A stretch of 64,000 nt of DNA from Dendrobates tinctorius (Eukaryota): the NCBI RefSeq assembly GCF_039654945.1, contig NW_027361806.1, forward strand, positions 21,824,001-21,888,000, in the 5' to 3' direction. Within the stretch, counting starts at the first letter, position 1. Every line of letters begins with the position of its first letter. The translations under genes were made by a program, and so were the position numbers. The notes below the pieces were generated by a model that saw only the letters and a list, made by a program, of their open reading frames with translations, searched no databases and was not told where the DNA came from. Below are positions 1-13,092 of this stretch, piece by piece.

Positions 1-1177
1 TTACAGTCCCACGGAGTGCGCGAATATTGCGGAGTCTGTGCGCGCTGCATCGCTCATCGACATTACACGCTCCAGTCTGGTGGAGATTTAGCTAGGGGGA
101 GCAGTTAGTCTCACGCTCCTTTATCTGACGTGAAATATGATTTCAATTAAAATGTACAAAATTACCATCTGTTTGCCGTGTATCAGTCTCTTGTCTCCAG
201 GTCCGGGGACATTATGTCTCGGCTTCTACTGCGAATACTGTGATATCTACGGGACCTGAAATCTACGGCATGATCTACGCTGGAAACATTTAGTCATCAT
301 CACGGTGAAATGGAAACAATTACACAGAGGCACATTACCTCCGAATCATTATGATCCTGGCGGCCATGGTAGCGCTGCGTTTCGTGCACGGAGACACTTA
401 GCAAGAAATCACTGAGTTTTAAAACCTGCAACGATGATTACGAGAAATTAACGCGTAGACATCCATAATGTTGAGACGAGACTATGGCCCCTCTGGATAG
501 GACAATTTCCGGACGATTAAAATTGCCTCTAAGAACAAGACATGAAGGGAATTTTGCAAATCTAACTGCTGCAAGAACGTGTGAGAAAAAAATCATGAAA
601 CGCGTTAGAAGCTTTCCCGAGTTGGGGGCGATAGTTATAGAAGTCGTCTGGATTAGACAACCTGGAATTATAAGTACAAAAAAAAAAAAAAAGGATCCAT
701 ATCCAGAACGCCGGAGCTGGCGATTGCAGAGGTGATGCTGGACGGCGAGCAGATAAAAAAATATGTCCAGCTCGGGCAGCCAGTACACCAGAGGAGAGCA
801 TAGACATGAAGCTGGAGGGTTTGGGGGTCGGGTATATGTCAAACTGAGAAATCAAGAAACGCATTAAAAAGAGCACCATTCCCTCTGGAGGTGATAGGTT
901 ATCCTCTTTACGTTCCATTATATACAGTTAGGTCCATATATATTTGGACAGAGACAACATTTTTCTAATTTTGGTTCTAGACATTACCACAATGAATTTT
1001 AAACAAAACAATTCAGATGCAGTTGAAGTTCAGACTTTCAGCTTTCATTTGAGGGTATCCATATTAAAATTGGATGAAGGGTTTAGGAGTTTCAGCTCCT
1101 TAACATGTGCCACCCTGTTTTTAAAGGGACCAAAAGTATTTGGACAGATTAAATAGTTGTAAATAAAATGTTCATTT

Positions 1178-3365
1178 CTAGTACTTGTTTGAAAACCCTT
1201 TGTTGGCAATGACTGCCTGAGGTCTTGACCTCATGGACATCGCCAGACGCTGTGTTTCCTCCTTTTTGATGCTCTGCCAGGCCTTCACTGCGGTGATTTT
1301 CAGTTGCTGTTTGTTTGTGGGCCTTTCTGTCTGAAGTTTAGTCTTTAACAAGTGAAATGCATGCTCAATTGGGTTGAGATCAGGAGACTGACTTGGCCAT
1401 TCAAGAATATTCCACTTCTCTGCTTTAATAAACTCCTGGGTTGCTTTGGCTTTATGTTTTGGGTCATTGTCCATCTGTAGTATGAAACGACGACCCATCA
1501 GTTTGGCTGCATTTGGCTGATCTGAGCACACAGTATGGCTCTGAAGACCTCAGAATTCATTCGGCTGCTTCTGTCCTGTGTCACATCCTCAATAAACACT
1601 AGTGACCCAGTGCCACTGGCAGCCATGCATGCCCAAGCCATCACACTGCCTCCGCCGTGTTTTACAGATGATGTGGTATGCTTTGGATCATGAGCTGTAC
1701 CACGCCTTCACCATACTTTTCTCTTTCCATCGTTCTGGTAGAAGTTGATCTTGGTTTCATCTGTCCAAAGAATGTTCTTCCAGAACTGTGCTGGCTTTTT
1801 TAGATGTTTTTTAGCAAAGTCCAGTCTCGCCTTTTGATTCTTGATGCTTATGAGTGGCTTGCACCGTGCAGTGAACCCTCTGTATTTATTTTCAAGCAGT
1901 CTTCTCTTTATGGTTGATTTGGATATTGATACGCCTACCTCCTGGAGAGTGTTGGTCACTTGGTTGGCTGTTGTGATGGGGTTTCTCTTCACCATGGATT
2001 CTGCGATCATCCACCACTGTTGTCTTCCGTGGGCACTCAGGTCTTTTTGCATTGATGAGTTCACCAGTGCTTTCTTTCTTTCTCAGGATGTACCAAACTG
2101 TAGATTTTGCCACTCCTAATGTTGTAGCAATTTCTCGGATGGGTTTTTTCTGTTTTTGCAGCTTAAGGATGGCTTGTTTCACCTGCATGGAGAGCTCCTT
2201 TTGTGGTAAAGGCAGGTAAGCGGGATGCAGTGACGAGACACGAGACGGATTGAACTTTAGGTAATAACTTTTATAGATTAATACCGGTAGGTCTATGCTA
2301 AGCAAACAAATAACAGGAATTGTCCCCGCAGGGACTCGATACAAGCCAACACTGGTTTAGGTGAACACGACTACTCCGGCAAAGGCCGGTCACTATAGGG
2401 CCGCGGTATGGCCGACTACGGGTCCTTAGTTATATAGTGTCACTTATCCGTCCTGACGTCCCTCGGCGTTCTGGACGATGTTGATTCGGCGTAGCAGCCG
2501 CTGGGCCCAGCTGCTGAGGATCTGGCATAGTCTTCGGGCGTTCCTACGCTCAGGTGAAGCAGGGGCACAACAGGCCTAGAAGAGTTCTTTGGCGGAGGGT
2601 CCCCCAGCAGCGCCAATGGGACACCGCCTGGGAGTGGGAGAGTCGAGGCCGCAGTCCCCGGACAGGGGCGAGCAGCGGCGGTGCTGGGTGGCGGTTGGTA
2701 GGCCACCGACGCAGCAAACGGCTGCACTAGGGGGTTCGAGGCAGGCGACGGCCCGTCTCTTGCCACGGACTGGAGCGGGGCAGTGGCGGCCGTAGGCGGC
2801 TACGAACAAGCCGCAGCCGCGGTCGGGAGCGGGGCGGCTGCGGGCAGGCCGCAGCCGCGGGCTGGATTGAGGCGGCAACGGCTGCGGGCAGTCCGCAGCC
2901 GTGGGCTGGAGTGAGGCGGCAGCGGCCATGGATGGCTGCGTGCAGGCCGCAGCCGCAGGCCAGAGTGGGGCGGCAACGGCCGCAGCCGCGATCTGGAGTG
3001 AGGCGGCAACGGCCGCGGGCTGGAGCGGAGCAGAGGTTCTCTGACGGTCGGCTCGGCATCGTCTCCCTGCAGTCTTCCGTGAGTCTCCCTCCTGCCTCTT
3101 TCCTCCTCTCTGGCTTCTGTTAGTCGTTCTGGCTCCCAGGTGCTCCCACGGTCTCCTGCTCCTGTCTCCCGTTCTGCTGACTCACTGTGACTAGCGTTCT
3201 CCGCCCCTTTTATATCGGCTCCTCCCCAACCCACCTGTCAGTCTCAGCGGTCCATCCCTTAACTCTGCTCCCCGGAAACAGTCTCCTCCGGAACCTGGAT
3301 GACTGTTCATTTGGTTCCGGCCCGGACACTCGGTGGGGGTCCTTCTTCCCACACTTTGACCGCAT
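1178..3365 (-). pseudogene. Tc1 transposase pseudogene
   Basis: ATG at about 3365 is separated from the rest of the ORF by the 2202-3353 insertion. The remainder is split over the ORFs 1892-2344, 1708-2064 and 1178-1531. Confidence 0.85.
2202..3353 (-). mobile_element. Solo LTR (1152 bp) of an ERV- or Gypsy-type retroelement inserted in the Tc1
   Basis: TGTGG...CCACA termini and a 4-bp TSD CTTT (2198-2201 and 3354-3357). Removing it restores the transposase sequence GAGCTCCTTTGACCGCAT. TATAAAA on the minus strand near 3207-3213; GC-rich internal repeats at 2780-3030. Confidence 0.85.
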
Positions 3366-3769
3366 GTTTCCTTCACAGCAAAACCTTCCAAATGCAAGCA
3401 CAACACCTCAAATCAACTCCAGGCCTTTTATCTGCTTAATTGAGAATGACATAACGAAGAGATTGCCCACACCTGTCCATGAAATAGCCTTGGAGTCAAT
3501 TGTCCAATTACTTTTGGTCCCTTTAAAAACAGGGTGGCACATGTTAAGGAGCTGAAACTCCTAAACCCTTCATCCAATTTGAATGTGGACACCCTCAAAT
3601 AAAAGCTGAAAGTCTGAACTTCAACTGCATCTGAATTGTTTTGTTTAAAATTCATTGTGGTAATGTCTAGAACCAAAATTAGAAAAATGTTGTCTCTGTC
3701 CACATATATATGGACCTAACTGTATATACACGCCATGGTGTGGGTTGGAGTGTGTGGAGCAGGAGCAGG

Positions 3770-4700
3770 AGATGAGCCCGCTCTGTAAACATGTCAAGTG
3801 ACAGCTGTGTTATACAGCCAGCAAGTGCTGCTCTCAGCAGTGATCAGAGATACGGCTGATCACCACTGATTAACCACTTAAGTAACTCAATCAATGACTG
3901 ACAGTACTATTTAAGGTGCAACCATGGGATTTTTGGGCTACATGATGGCGGCGTGAGGATGGGTTACAGTGGTAACAGTCATGAGACTCATAGGAAAAAT
4001 AATTTACAATATATAGCAACACTGCAGTATTGTAACAGAACTAGTGATCACACGACTGAAGGATTAAGTCCCCTGACAGGAAGAAAAAAAAATATTGTGA
4101 TATGAAAATAGAGTGATTAATAAAAAATTATCATTTTTTTTTAAATCCTTTATATTCTACCAAATTGATTAAAAGAAATTTTGAAAAAATAAATGTATCC
4201 TATTTGGTACCGTGACATCTGTAAACGTCCGATCTATGAAAATATAAATTATTTAATCTGTACGGTAAACACTGTAAAGATAAAAAGTTAAACTTCAGAA
4301 TTGCCTATTTCGAGCGCCGAAATCTTCCCAAAAAAAATGCAGAGAAAAAATTAAAAACTTTGCATATACAACAAAATGACACCACGAAAAGCTACAGCTC
4401 GTCATGAAAATACAAAGCACTCAAGAGGCTCCATGAATGGAAAAATAAAAACCGTACAGGTCTCGGAAAATGGAGACACAAACCCCAATATTTTTCTTAC
4501 AGAGTTTCTCTTTTTTAAAGTGCCCAAAAAACAAAACGGGAATTGAGTTTTTATTCATCATTTCACCACTCTTGGAATCTCTTATTCCATTTTTTCAAAA
4601 CACTATATAATAAAATGAATAACGTTATTCGGATCTACTACTCAACTTGCAAAAAAACAAAACCCCGTAGGCGCAGGGAAAATAAAAAATTATGAAATCC
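3770..4700. mobile_element. Degraded non-autonomous DNA-transposon-like interspersed repeat; a related copy lies at about 60370-60770 and 61330-62000
   Basis: Shares the block CAGCTGTGTTATACAGCCAGCA...GATCAGAG with about 60405-60450, followed by a similar AT-rich body. Confidence 0.45.
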
Positions 4701-5539
4701 TATTGCAAAAACAATCTTTAGGCAAAAATACATTCATTTAAGAAGTAAAATGGCGCCTGAGGGTGTCCACATCCTTTATATTTAGGTTCTGTCCCCTAAA
4801 TATTAACCCTTCCATGCACGTTCCTCTCTGACTCCTCCACACTGTTCCTTTGCTAACATTCGGATTCCCTGCTCTCAGCTTGTTATTTCCTTTTTTTCTG
4901 GAAGCATTTTTTTTTCCTTATTAACGTGCGGAAGTTCGACCTCCATATCTGTGACCTCAGGAACATTTCTACAAATAAACAACACATTCATCAGCGTCAC
5001 CGGTGAGTTCTTCTAAGGGAATTCTGTTATTGAAGGTCGATAAATAATACCTCTTATTGTGCGGCAGGGACTGCGGAGCGGACACGGACGGTCACCTTGA
5101 CATCTCAAAAATCTCCTATCATTGACTAGATGTCAAGAGACATTGATCACATTATCTCTGTGAGTTGGGACCAAGAGTGATTTTTCGACAGGTCTCCAAA
5201 AAGTTGAGCTAAATTTTATATGAATTTGAAGAACAATGAGATTATTATCGAAGATGAAGACGTGATAAACTTCATAATAAAGCTTCTTAGCCATGTAATA
5301 AGTGGCAAGACGACACCATCTACAGTAATAGGGAAAGATGTGGGACCAGGGCCGGCTCCAGGTTTTTATGTGCCCCGGGTGAAAGAGACTCAGTGGCCCC
5401 TTTAACAAATAGAACGATTCATGATGCACAAATACGGCAGAAAAATATAGTATAATGCCAAAGATTTCACTTCTTACAATACATGAGTGATATGTATTGT
5501 AAATTCTACAACAGGTGAGAAATCGGACAGTATAGTCCA

Positions 5540-8100
5540 CCATACAGAATGAGCCCCATGTAATGCTCCATACAGAATAATGTGCCCCATATAATGCTCC
5601 ATACAGTATAATGAGCCCCATATATTGCTCCATACAGAATAATGACCCCCATATATTGCTCCATACAGACTAATGAGCCCAATATATTGCTCCATACAGA
5701 ATAATGATCCCCTCTATAATGCTCCAAACAGAATAATGAGCCCCATGTAATGCTCCATACAGAATAATGAGCTTCATATATTGCTCCCTACAGAATAATG
5801 AGCCTCATATTGCTCCATATGTCCTGGGCCTGTCCTGGGCCCTGTATTGTTCAACATCTTTATCAACGATTTAGATGAAGGAATTGAGGGTAAACTGATT
5901 AAATTTGCTGATGACACAAAGCTAGGAGGGATAGCTAATACTAGAGAAGAGAGAGAGAGGATTCAAAAAGATTTAAATAAACTGGAGAAGTGGGCAGCAA
6001 CTAACAGAATGGTTTTTAACAGGGAGAAATGCAAAGTACTACATCTGGGCAATAAAAATGAAAAAAGCATATATAGAATGGGAGGAATAGGGCTAAGTGA
6101 CAGCACATGTGAAAAAGACTTGGGTATACTAATAGATCACAGACTGAATATGAGTCAACAGTGTGATGCAGCAGCAAAAAAGGCAAATGCAATTCTTGGA
6201 TGTATTAACAGAAGCATACAGTCTAGATCACGTGAAGTCATTATTTCCCTCTACTCCTCTTTGGTCAGACCTCATCTGGAATATTGTGTCCAGTTTTGGG
6301 CACCACATTTTAAAAAAGACATCAACAAACTGGAGCAAGTTCAGAAAAGAGCGACCAGAATGGTGACCGGTCTGCAAACCCTGTCTTATGAGGAAAGGTT
6401 GCAGGATTTGGGAATGTTTAGTTTGCAAAAGAGAAGACTGAGAGGAGACTTAATAGCTGTCTACAAATATCTAAAGGGCTGTCACATTGTAGAAGGATCA
6501 ACTTTATTCTCATTTGCACAAGGAAAGACTAGAAGCAATGGGATGAAACTGAATGGGAAGAGACACAGATTAGATATTAGAAAAAACTTTTTGACAGTTA
6601 GAGTGATCAATGAGTGGAACAGGCTGCCACGAGAAGTGGTGAGTTCTCCTTCAATGGAAGTCTTCAAACAGAGGCTGGACAGACATCTGACTGGGATGAT
6701 TTAGCGAATCCTGCTTTGAGCAGGGGGTTGGACCAGATGGCCCAGGAGGTCCCTTCCAACTCTACGATTCTATGATTCCATACAAAATAATGAGCCCCAT
6801 ATATTGCGCCATACAGAATGAACACTATATATTGCTCCATATAGATTAATGAGCCCCATATATTGCTCCACACAGAATGAGCACCATATATTGCTCCACA
6901 CAGAATAATGAGCCTCATACTGTATATTGCTCCACACAGAATAATGAGCCCCATATAATGCTCCATACAGAATAATGAGCCCCATATAATGCTCCATACA
7001 GAATAATGAGCTTCATATATTGCTCCATACAGAATAATGAGCCCCATATAATGCTCCATACAGAATAATGAGCACCATATATTGCTCCCTACAGAATAAT
7101 GAGCCTCATATTGCTCCATACAAAATAATGAGCCCCATATATTGCTCCATACAGAATAATGAGCACCATATATTGCTCCATACAGATTAATGAGCCCCAT
7201 ATATTGCTCCACACAGAATCAGCACCATATATTGCTCCACACAGAATAATGAGCCTCATACTGTATACTGCTCCACACAGAATAATGAGCCCCATATAAT
7301 GCTCCATACAGAATAATGAGCCCCATATAATGCTCCATACAGAATAATGAGCCTCATATATTGCTCCATACAGAATAATGAGCCCCATATAATGCTCCAT
7401 ACAGAATAATGAGCAGCATATATTGCTCCACACAGAATAATGAGCCTCATATATTGCTCCATACAGAATAATGAGCCTCATATATTGCTCCACACAGAAT
7501 GTTGAGCCCCATATAATGCTCCACACAGAATAATGAGCCCATAATTTGCTCCATACAGAATGAGCCTCATATATTTCTCCACACAGAATAATGAGCTCCA
7601 TATATTGCTCCACACAGAATAATGAGCCCCATATAATTCTCCATACAGAATAATGAGCCTCCATATATTGCTCCATACAGAATGAGCCCCATATATTGCT
7701 CCATACATAATAATGAGCCCCATATATTGCTCCATACAGTATAATGAGCTCCATATTTTGCGCCACACAGAATAATGAGCCCCATATAATGCTCCAAACA
7801 GAATAATGAGCCTCCATATATTGCTCCATACAGAATGAGCCCCATATATTGCTCCATACATAATGAGCCCCATATAATGCTCCATACAGAATAATGTGCC
7901 CTATATATTGCTCCATACAGAATAATGAGCTTCATATATTGCTCCATACAGAATAATGAGCCCCATATATTGCTCCATACAGAATAATGAGCTTCATATA
8001 TTGCTCCACACAGAATAATGAGCCCCTTATAATGGGCCCCATATAATGGGCCCCATATAGTGCTCAATTCAGTATAATGAGGCCAATATAGTGCTCCATA
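5540..8100. repeat. Minisatellite of about 29-33 bp units (CCATACAGAATAATGAGCCCCATATATTGCT), interrupted by a CR1
   Basis: Direct tandem repeats at 5540-5820 and 6779-8100; source of the MEQYMGLII-type artefact ORFs. Confidence 0.95.
5821..6778 (+). mobile_element. CR1 LINE 3' fragment (RT C-terminus plus 3'UTR), reading frame still open at 5847-6704
   Basis: [14 protein letters not shown]...[10 protein letters not shown]...[17 protein letters not shown]. The 3' end is GGTTGGACCAGATG...GGTCCCTTCCAACTCTACGATTCTATGATTC. Confidence 0.95.
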
Positions 8101-8632
8101 CATTAAAAATAAACAATAACTCACCTCTCCCCATTCCCCTGCTGCTCCAGTCTCTGCAGTCACTGGTCTACTGACCCTCTCCACTGATCAGCACAGAGGG
8201 CACTCTGTAGTTATGTCGTCGCGCCCTCTGTGCTGAGAAATCACAGGGCTCAGACGCATAGGGGGGAATGATGGGAGAGGAAGAGTCAGCGGATGGTTTC
8301 CTCTCCCATCATTGTTTTTAACTGTATTGGCATCCAGGATGCGGGGAGAGCACTGGCAATGGGCACCCCTGATTTATGGGCCACATAGTGGCCGCGTGGT
8401 TTGCTGCCATTGGCAGTATGCCACTGAGTGGGCCCCCCGTTTGTCCAGGGTGCCAGCACTTGTCCGGGTGCGCTGGGTGGTGATGCAGGCCCTGTGTAGG
8501 AAACCTGCATCTTGGAGTAACAGAGGCCACCATGTGTAGTCTTAGCGTTACTGTTCTGCCCAACAGTTTATATCCTGTTATTATACCTTTATTATTAACA
8601 CTTGCCACAGCAGTCTCCTAGAACCTCCCCTA

Positions 8633-11600
8633 GAATAGTGAGTGCAGCTCTGGAGTATAATACAGGATGTAACTCAGGATCAGTAATGTAATGTATGTAC
8701 ACAGTGACTGCACCAGCAGAATAGTGAGAGCAGCTCTGGAGTATAATACAGGATGTAACTCAGGATCAGTAATGTAACGTATTTACACAGTGACTGCACC
8801 AGCAGAATAGTGAGCGCAGCTCTGGAGTATAATACAGGATGTAACCCAGGATCAGTAATGTAACGTATTTACACAGTGACTGCACCAGCAGAATAGTGAG
8901 AGCAGCTCTGGAGTATAATACAGGATGTAACTCAGGATCAGTAATGTAATGTATGTACACAGTGACTGCACCAGCAGAATAGTGAGAGCAGCTCTGGAGT
9001 ATAATACAGGATGTAACTCAGGATCAGTAATGTAACGTATTTACACAGTGACTGCACCAGCATAATAGTGAGAGCAGCTCTGGAGTATAATACAGGATGT
9101 AACTCAGGATCAGTAATGTAATGTATGTACACAGTGACTGCGCCAGCAGAATAGTGAGTGCAACTCTGGAGTATAATACAGGAGGTAACTCAGGATCAGT
9201 AATGTAATGTATGTACACAGTGACTGCACCAGCAGAATAGTGAGTGCAGCTCTGGGGTATAATACAGGCTATAACTCAGGATCAGTAATGTATTGTATGT
9301 ACACAGTGACTGCACCAGCAGAATAGTGAGTGCAGCTCTGGGGTATAATACAGGATATAACTCAGGATCAGTAATGTAACGTATATACACAGTGACTGCA
9401 CCAGCAGAATAGTTAGTTCAGCTCTGGAGCATAATACAGGATGTAACTCAGGATCAGTAATGTAATGTATGTACATAGTGACTGCACCAGCAGAATAGTG
9501 AGTGCAACTCTGGGGTATAATACAGGATATAACTTAGGATCAGTAATGTAACGTATGTACACAGTAACTGCACCAGCAGAATAGTGAGTGCAGCTCTGGA
9601 GTATAATACAGGATGTAACTCAGGATCAGTAATGTAATGTATGTACATAGTGACTGCACCAGCAGAATAGTGAGTGCAGCTCTGGGGTATAATACAGGAT
9701 ATATATAACTCAGGATCAGTAATGTAATGTATGTACACAGTGACTGCACCAGCAGAATAGTGAGTGCAGCTCTGGGGTATAATACAGGATGTAACTCAGG
9801 ATCAGTAATGTAATGTATGTACACAGTGACTGCACCAGCAGAATAGTGAGAGCAGCTCTGGAGTATAATACAGGATGTAACTCAGGATCAGTAATGTAAC
9901 GTATTTACACAGTGACTGCACCAGCAGAATAGTGAGCGCAGCTCTGGAGTATAATACAGGATGTAACCCAGGATCAGTAATGTAACGTATTTACACAGTG
10001 ACTGCACCAGCAGAATAGTGAGAGCAGCTCTGGAGTAAAATACAGGATGTAACTCAGGATCAGTAATGTAATGTATGTACACAGTGACTGCACCAGCAGA
10101 ATAGTGAGAGCAGCTCTGGAGTATAATACAGGATGTAACTCAGGATCAGTAATGTAACGTATTTACACAGTGACTGCACCAGCAGAATAGTGAGAGCAGC
10201 TCTGGAGTATAATACAGGATGTAACTCAGGATCAGTAATGTAATGTATGTACACAGTGACTGCGCCAGCAGAATAGTGAGTGCAGCTCTGGGGTATAATA
10301 CAGGCTATAACTCAGGATCAGTAATGTATTGTATGTACACAGTGACTGCACCAGCAGAATAGTGAGTGCAGCTCTGGGGTATAATACAGGATATAACTCA
10401 GGATCAGTAATGTAACGTATGTACACAGTGACTGCACCAGCAGAATAGTTAGTTCAGCTCTGGAGCATAATACAGGATGTAACTCAGGATCAGTAATGTA
10501 ATGTATGTACATAGTGACTGCACCAGCAGAATAGTGAGTGCAACTCTGGGGTATAATACAGGATATAACTTAGGATCAGTAATGTAACATATGTACACAG
10601 TAACTGCACCAGCAGAATAGTGAGTGCAGCTCTGGAGTATAATACAGGATGTAACTCAGGATCAGTAATGTAATGTATGTACACAGTGACTGCACCAGCA
10701 GAATAGTGAGTGCAGCTCTGGGGTATAATACAGGATATATATAACTCAGGATCAGTAATGTAATGTATGTACACAGTGACTGCACCAGCAGAATAGTGAG
10801 TGCAGCTCTGGGGTATAATACAGGCTATAACTCAGGATCAGTAATGTATTGTATGTACACAGTGACTGCACCAGCAGAATAGTGAGTGCAGCTCTGGGGT
10901 ATAATACAGGATATAACTCAGGATCAGTAATGTAACGTATGTACACAGTGACTGCACCAGCAGAATAGTTAGTTCAGCTCTGGAGCATAATACAGGATGT
11001 AACTCAGGATCAGTAATGTAATGTATGTACATAGTGACTGCACCAGCAGAATAGTGAGTGCAACTCTGGGGTATAATACAGGATATAACTTAGGATCAGT
11101 AATGTAACATATGTACACAGTAACTGCACCAGCAGAATAGTGAGTGCAGCTCTGGAGTATAATACAGGATGTAACTCAGGATCAGTAATGTAATGTATGT
11201 ACACAGTGACTGCACCAGCAGAATAGTGAGTGCAGCTCTGGGGTATAATACAGGATATATATAACTCAGGATCAGTAATGTAATGTATGTACACAGTGAC
11301 TGCACCAGCAGAATAGTGAGTGCAGCTCTGGGGTATAATACAGGCTATAACTCAGGATCAGTAATGTATTGTATGTACACAGTGACTGCACCAGCAGAAT
11401 AGTGAGTGCAGCTCTGGGGTATAATACAGGATATAACTCAGGATCAGTAATGTAACGTATGTACACAGTGACTGCACCAGCAGAATAGTTAGTTCAGCTC
11501 TGGAGCATAATACAGGATGTAACTCAGGATCAGTAATGTAATGTATGTACATAGTGACTGCACCAGCAGAATAGTGAGTGCAACTCTGGGGTATAATACA

Positions 11601-12052
11601 GGATATAACTTAGGATCAGTAATGTAACATATGTACACAGTAACTGCACCAGCAGAATAGTGAGTGCAGCTCTGGAGTATAATACAGGATGTAACTCAGG
11701 ATCAGTAATGTAATGTATGTACACAGTGACTGCACCAGCAGAATAGTGAGTGCAGCTCTGGGGTATAATACAGCATATATATAACTCAGGATCAGTAATG
11801 TAATGTATGTACACAGTGACTGCACCAGCAGAATAGTGAGTGCAGCTCTGGGGTATAATACAGGATGTAACTCAGGATCAGTAATGTAATGTATGTACAC
11901 AGTGACTGCACTAGCAGAATAGTGAGTGCAGCTCTGGGGTATAATACAGGATTTAACTCAGGATCAGTAATGTAATGTATGTGCACAGTGACTGCACCAG
12001 CAGAATAGTGAGCGCAGCTCTGAGGTATAATACATTATAAGTAATGTATTGT
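8633..12052. repeat. 86-bp tandem satellite (about 39 units) with higher-order duplications
   Basis: Unit GAATAGTGAGTGCAGCTCTGGAGTATAATACAGGATGTAACTCAGGATCAGTAATGTAATGTATGTACACAGTGACTGCACCAGCA; 520-bp and 1122-bp higher-order periods. Confidence 0.97.
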
Positions 12053-13092
12053 CATACTGCACATCTCATCACATGAAGTCCAGCTGTTTTAGCTAGATGT
12101 TTCCAGATCCTATTTTTCTTCTCTGCATGGTGCTTGTTCATATTGAGTCTCCCTAGCGTGATCATTGCAAAAGCAGTAAAGTTTACACAGGGCTATAACA
12201 TCCAGCCGTAAAATATTCCACTGAAATTATATACTAAATTCAACAGAATTGCCTCAATCATAGCAGAAATAAAAATTGTGTCCGGGTCTCAGCTATAAGA
12301 TATTACATCAATGCGTTTTATAGTCTCTGATTCATTTTATGCAGCGTTCACAGGAAAAACAGCGAATATTCTGTATTCAGATCAGACTCCCGAAATCCTG
12401 AAAATTGCAAAAAAGACGATACCTTTTAGCGTTCAAAGGGTTTTCTGGTTTCGTACTTTTATGGTCCATAGGCCAGCAGAGGAATAACGTAAACCGAGCT
12501 GTCAGTCAAGTTCCCCGAGTCTAGCACTGCCTCTCCTGTGCTTGGTTACAGGCTGCAGGTGATAACACAGCTACACTGCACATCAACCGCTGCAGCCAAT
12601 CACTGGGTTCAGTGTCTCTGTCAAATCAAATGAAAAATCCAACATTACTTCCAGGACGACCTTTTTCATGTTGCAGGTTTGCAATTTATAAGGCAGCAAA
12701 TCTGTTTAATAACTAATGAGTCCCATATACCAGCTACACACGGGGGACCTTAAAGTAGTTTTATAGCATGCATCAGGATAAACCGTGACCATGAGAATTA
12801 CAAGTTTACATTTTATAACTTGGGGCCTATTTTTTGTAAAAAAATCAGAAATCTGCAAAACCTGAAATAATGCCTTATAAGAAAATTCCGCAGATTTTTT
12901 TTCTATGGAAGTCAACACTTTACAACACATAGTGAAAACCGAAAATAATCTCAGGTCAAGAAGGGTACAGGAAAGGTATTGTGCCACAAATTAATCTGTT
13001 AATCATAAAACAAAAACAGGAAAAACATAGGATAAGGTGCTTCATTCAAAGAAGACATGCAGCAACAGAGGACATGTAAATAGGCAATAATA

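Larger units (their letters stand above)
925..3722 (-). mobile_element. Tc1-family DNA transposon (DD34E) with about 220-bp terminal inverted repeats; transposase disrupted by frameshifts and a solo LTR
   Basis: TIRs CAGTTAGGTCCATATAT... (925-~1147) and ...ATATATGGACCTAACTG (~3501-3722), TA on both sides. Transposase pieces: MRSK|ELSMQVKQAI HTH, WTDETK, and MDNDPKH...[12 protein letters not shown] with 34 aa between D and E. Confidence 0.95.
5347..8494. mobile_element. Non-autonomous hAT-like element hosting the 32-bp minisatellite and a CR1
   Basis: Termini CAGGGCCGGC...GCAGGCCCTG with a degenerate 8-bp TSD (TGTGGGAC / TGTAGGAA, 6 of 8 match). Confidence 0.55.

Noticed and set aside
578-612. 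GAAACGCGTT hammerhead-like palindrome
   Set aside because: No stem II and no intact core upstream.
2440-3234. GC-rich Pro/Ala/Arg ORFs
   Set aside because: Overlapping low-complexity frames inside the solo LTR repeats.
6664-8184. Tyr/Gly-rich repetitive ORFs
   Set aside because: Translation of the 32-bp minisatellite.
8633-12052. CRISPR-like periodicity or a satellite hammerhead
   Set aside because: Units are contiguous with no unique spacers, the context is eukaryotic, and there is no CUGANGA/GAAA core on either strand.
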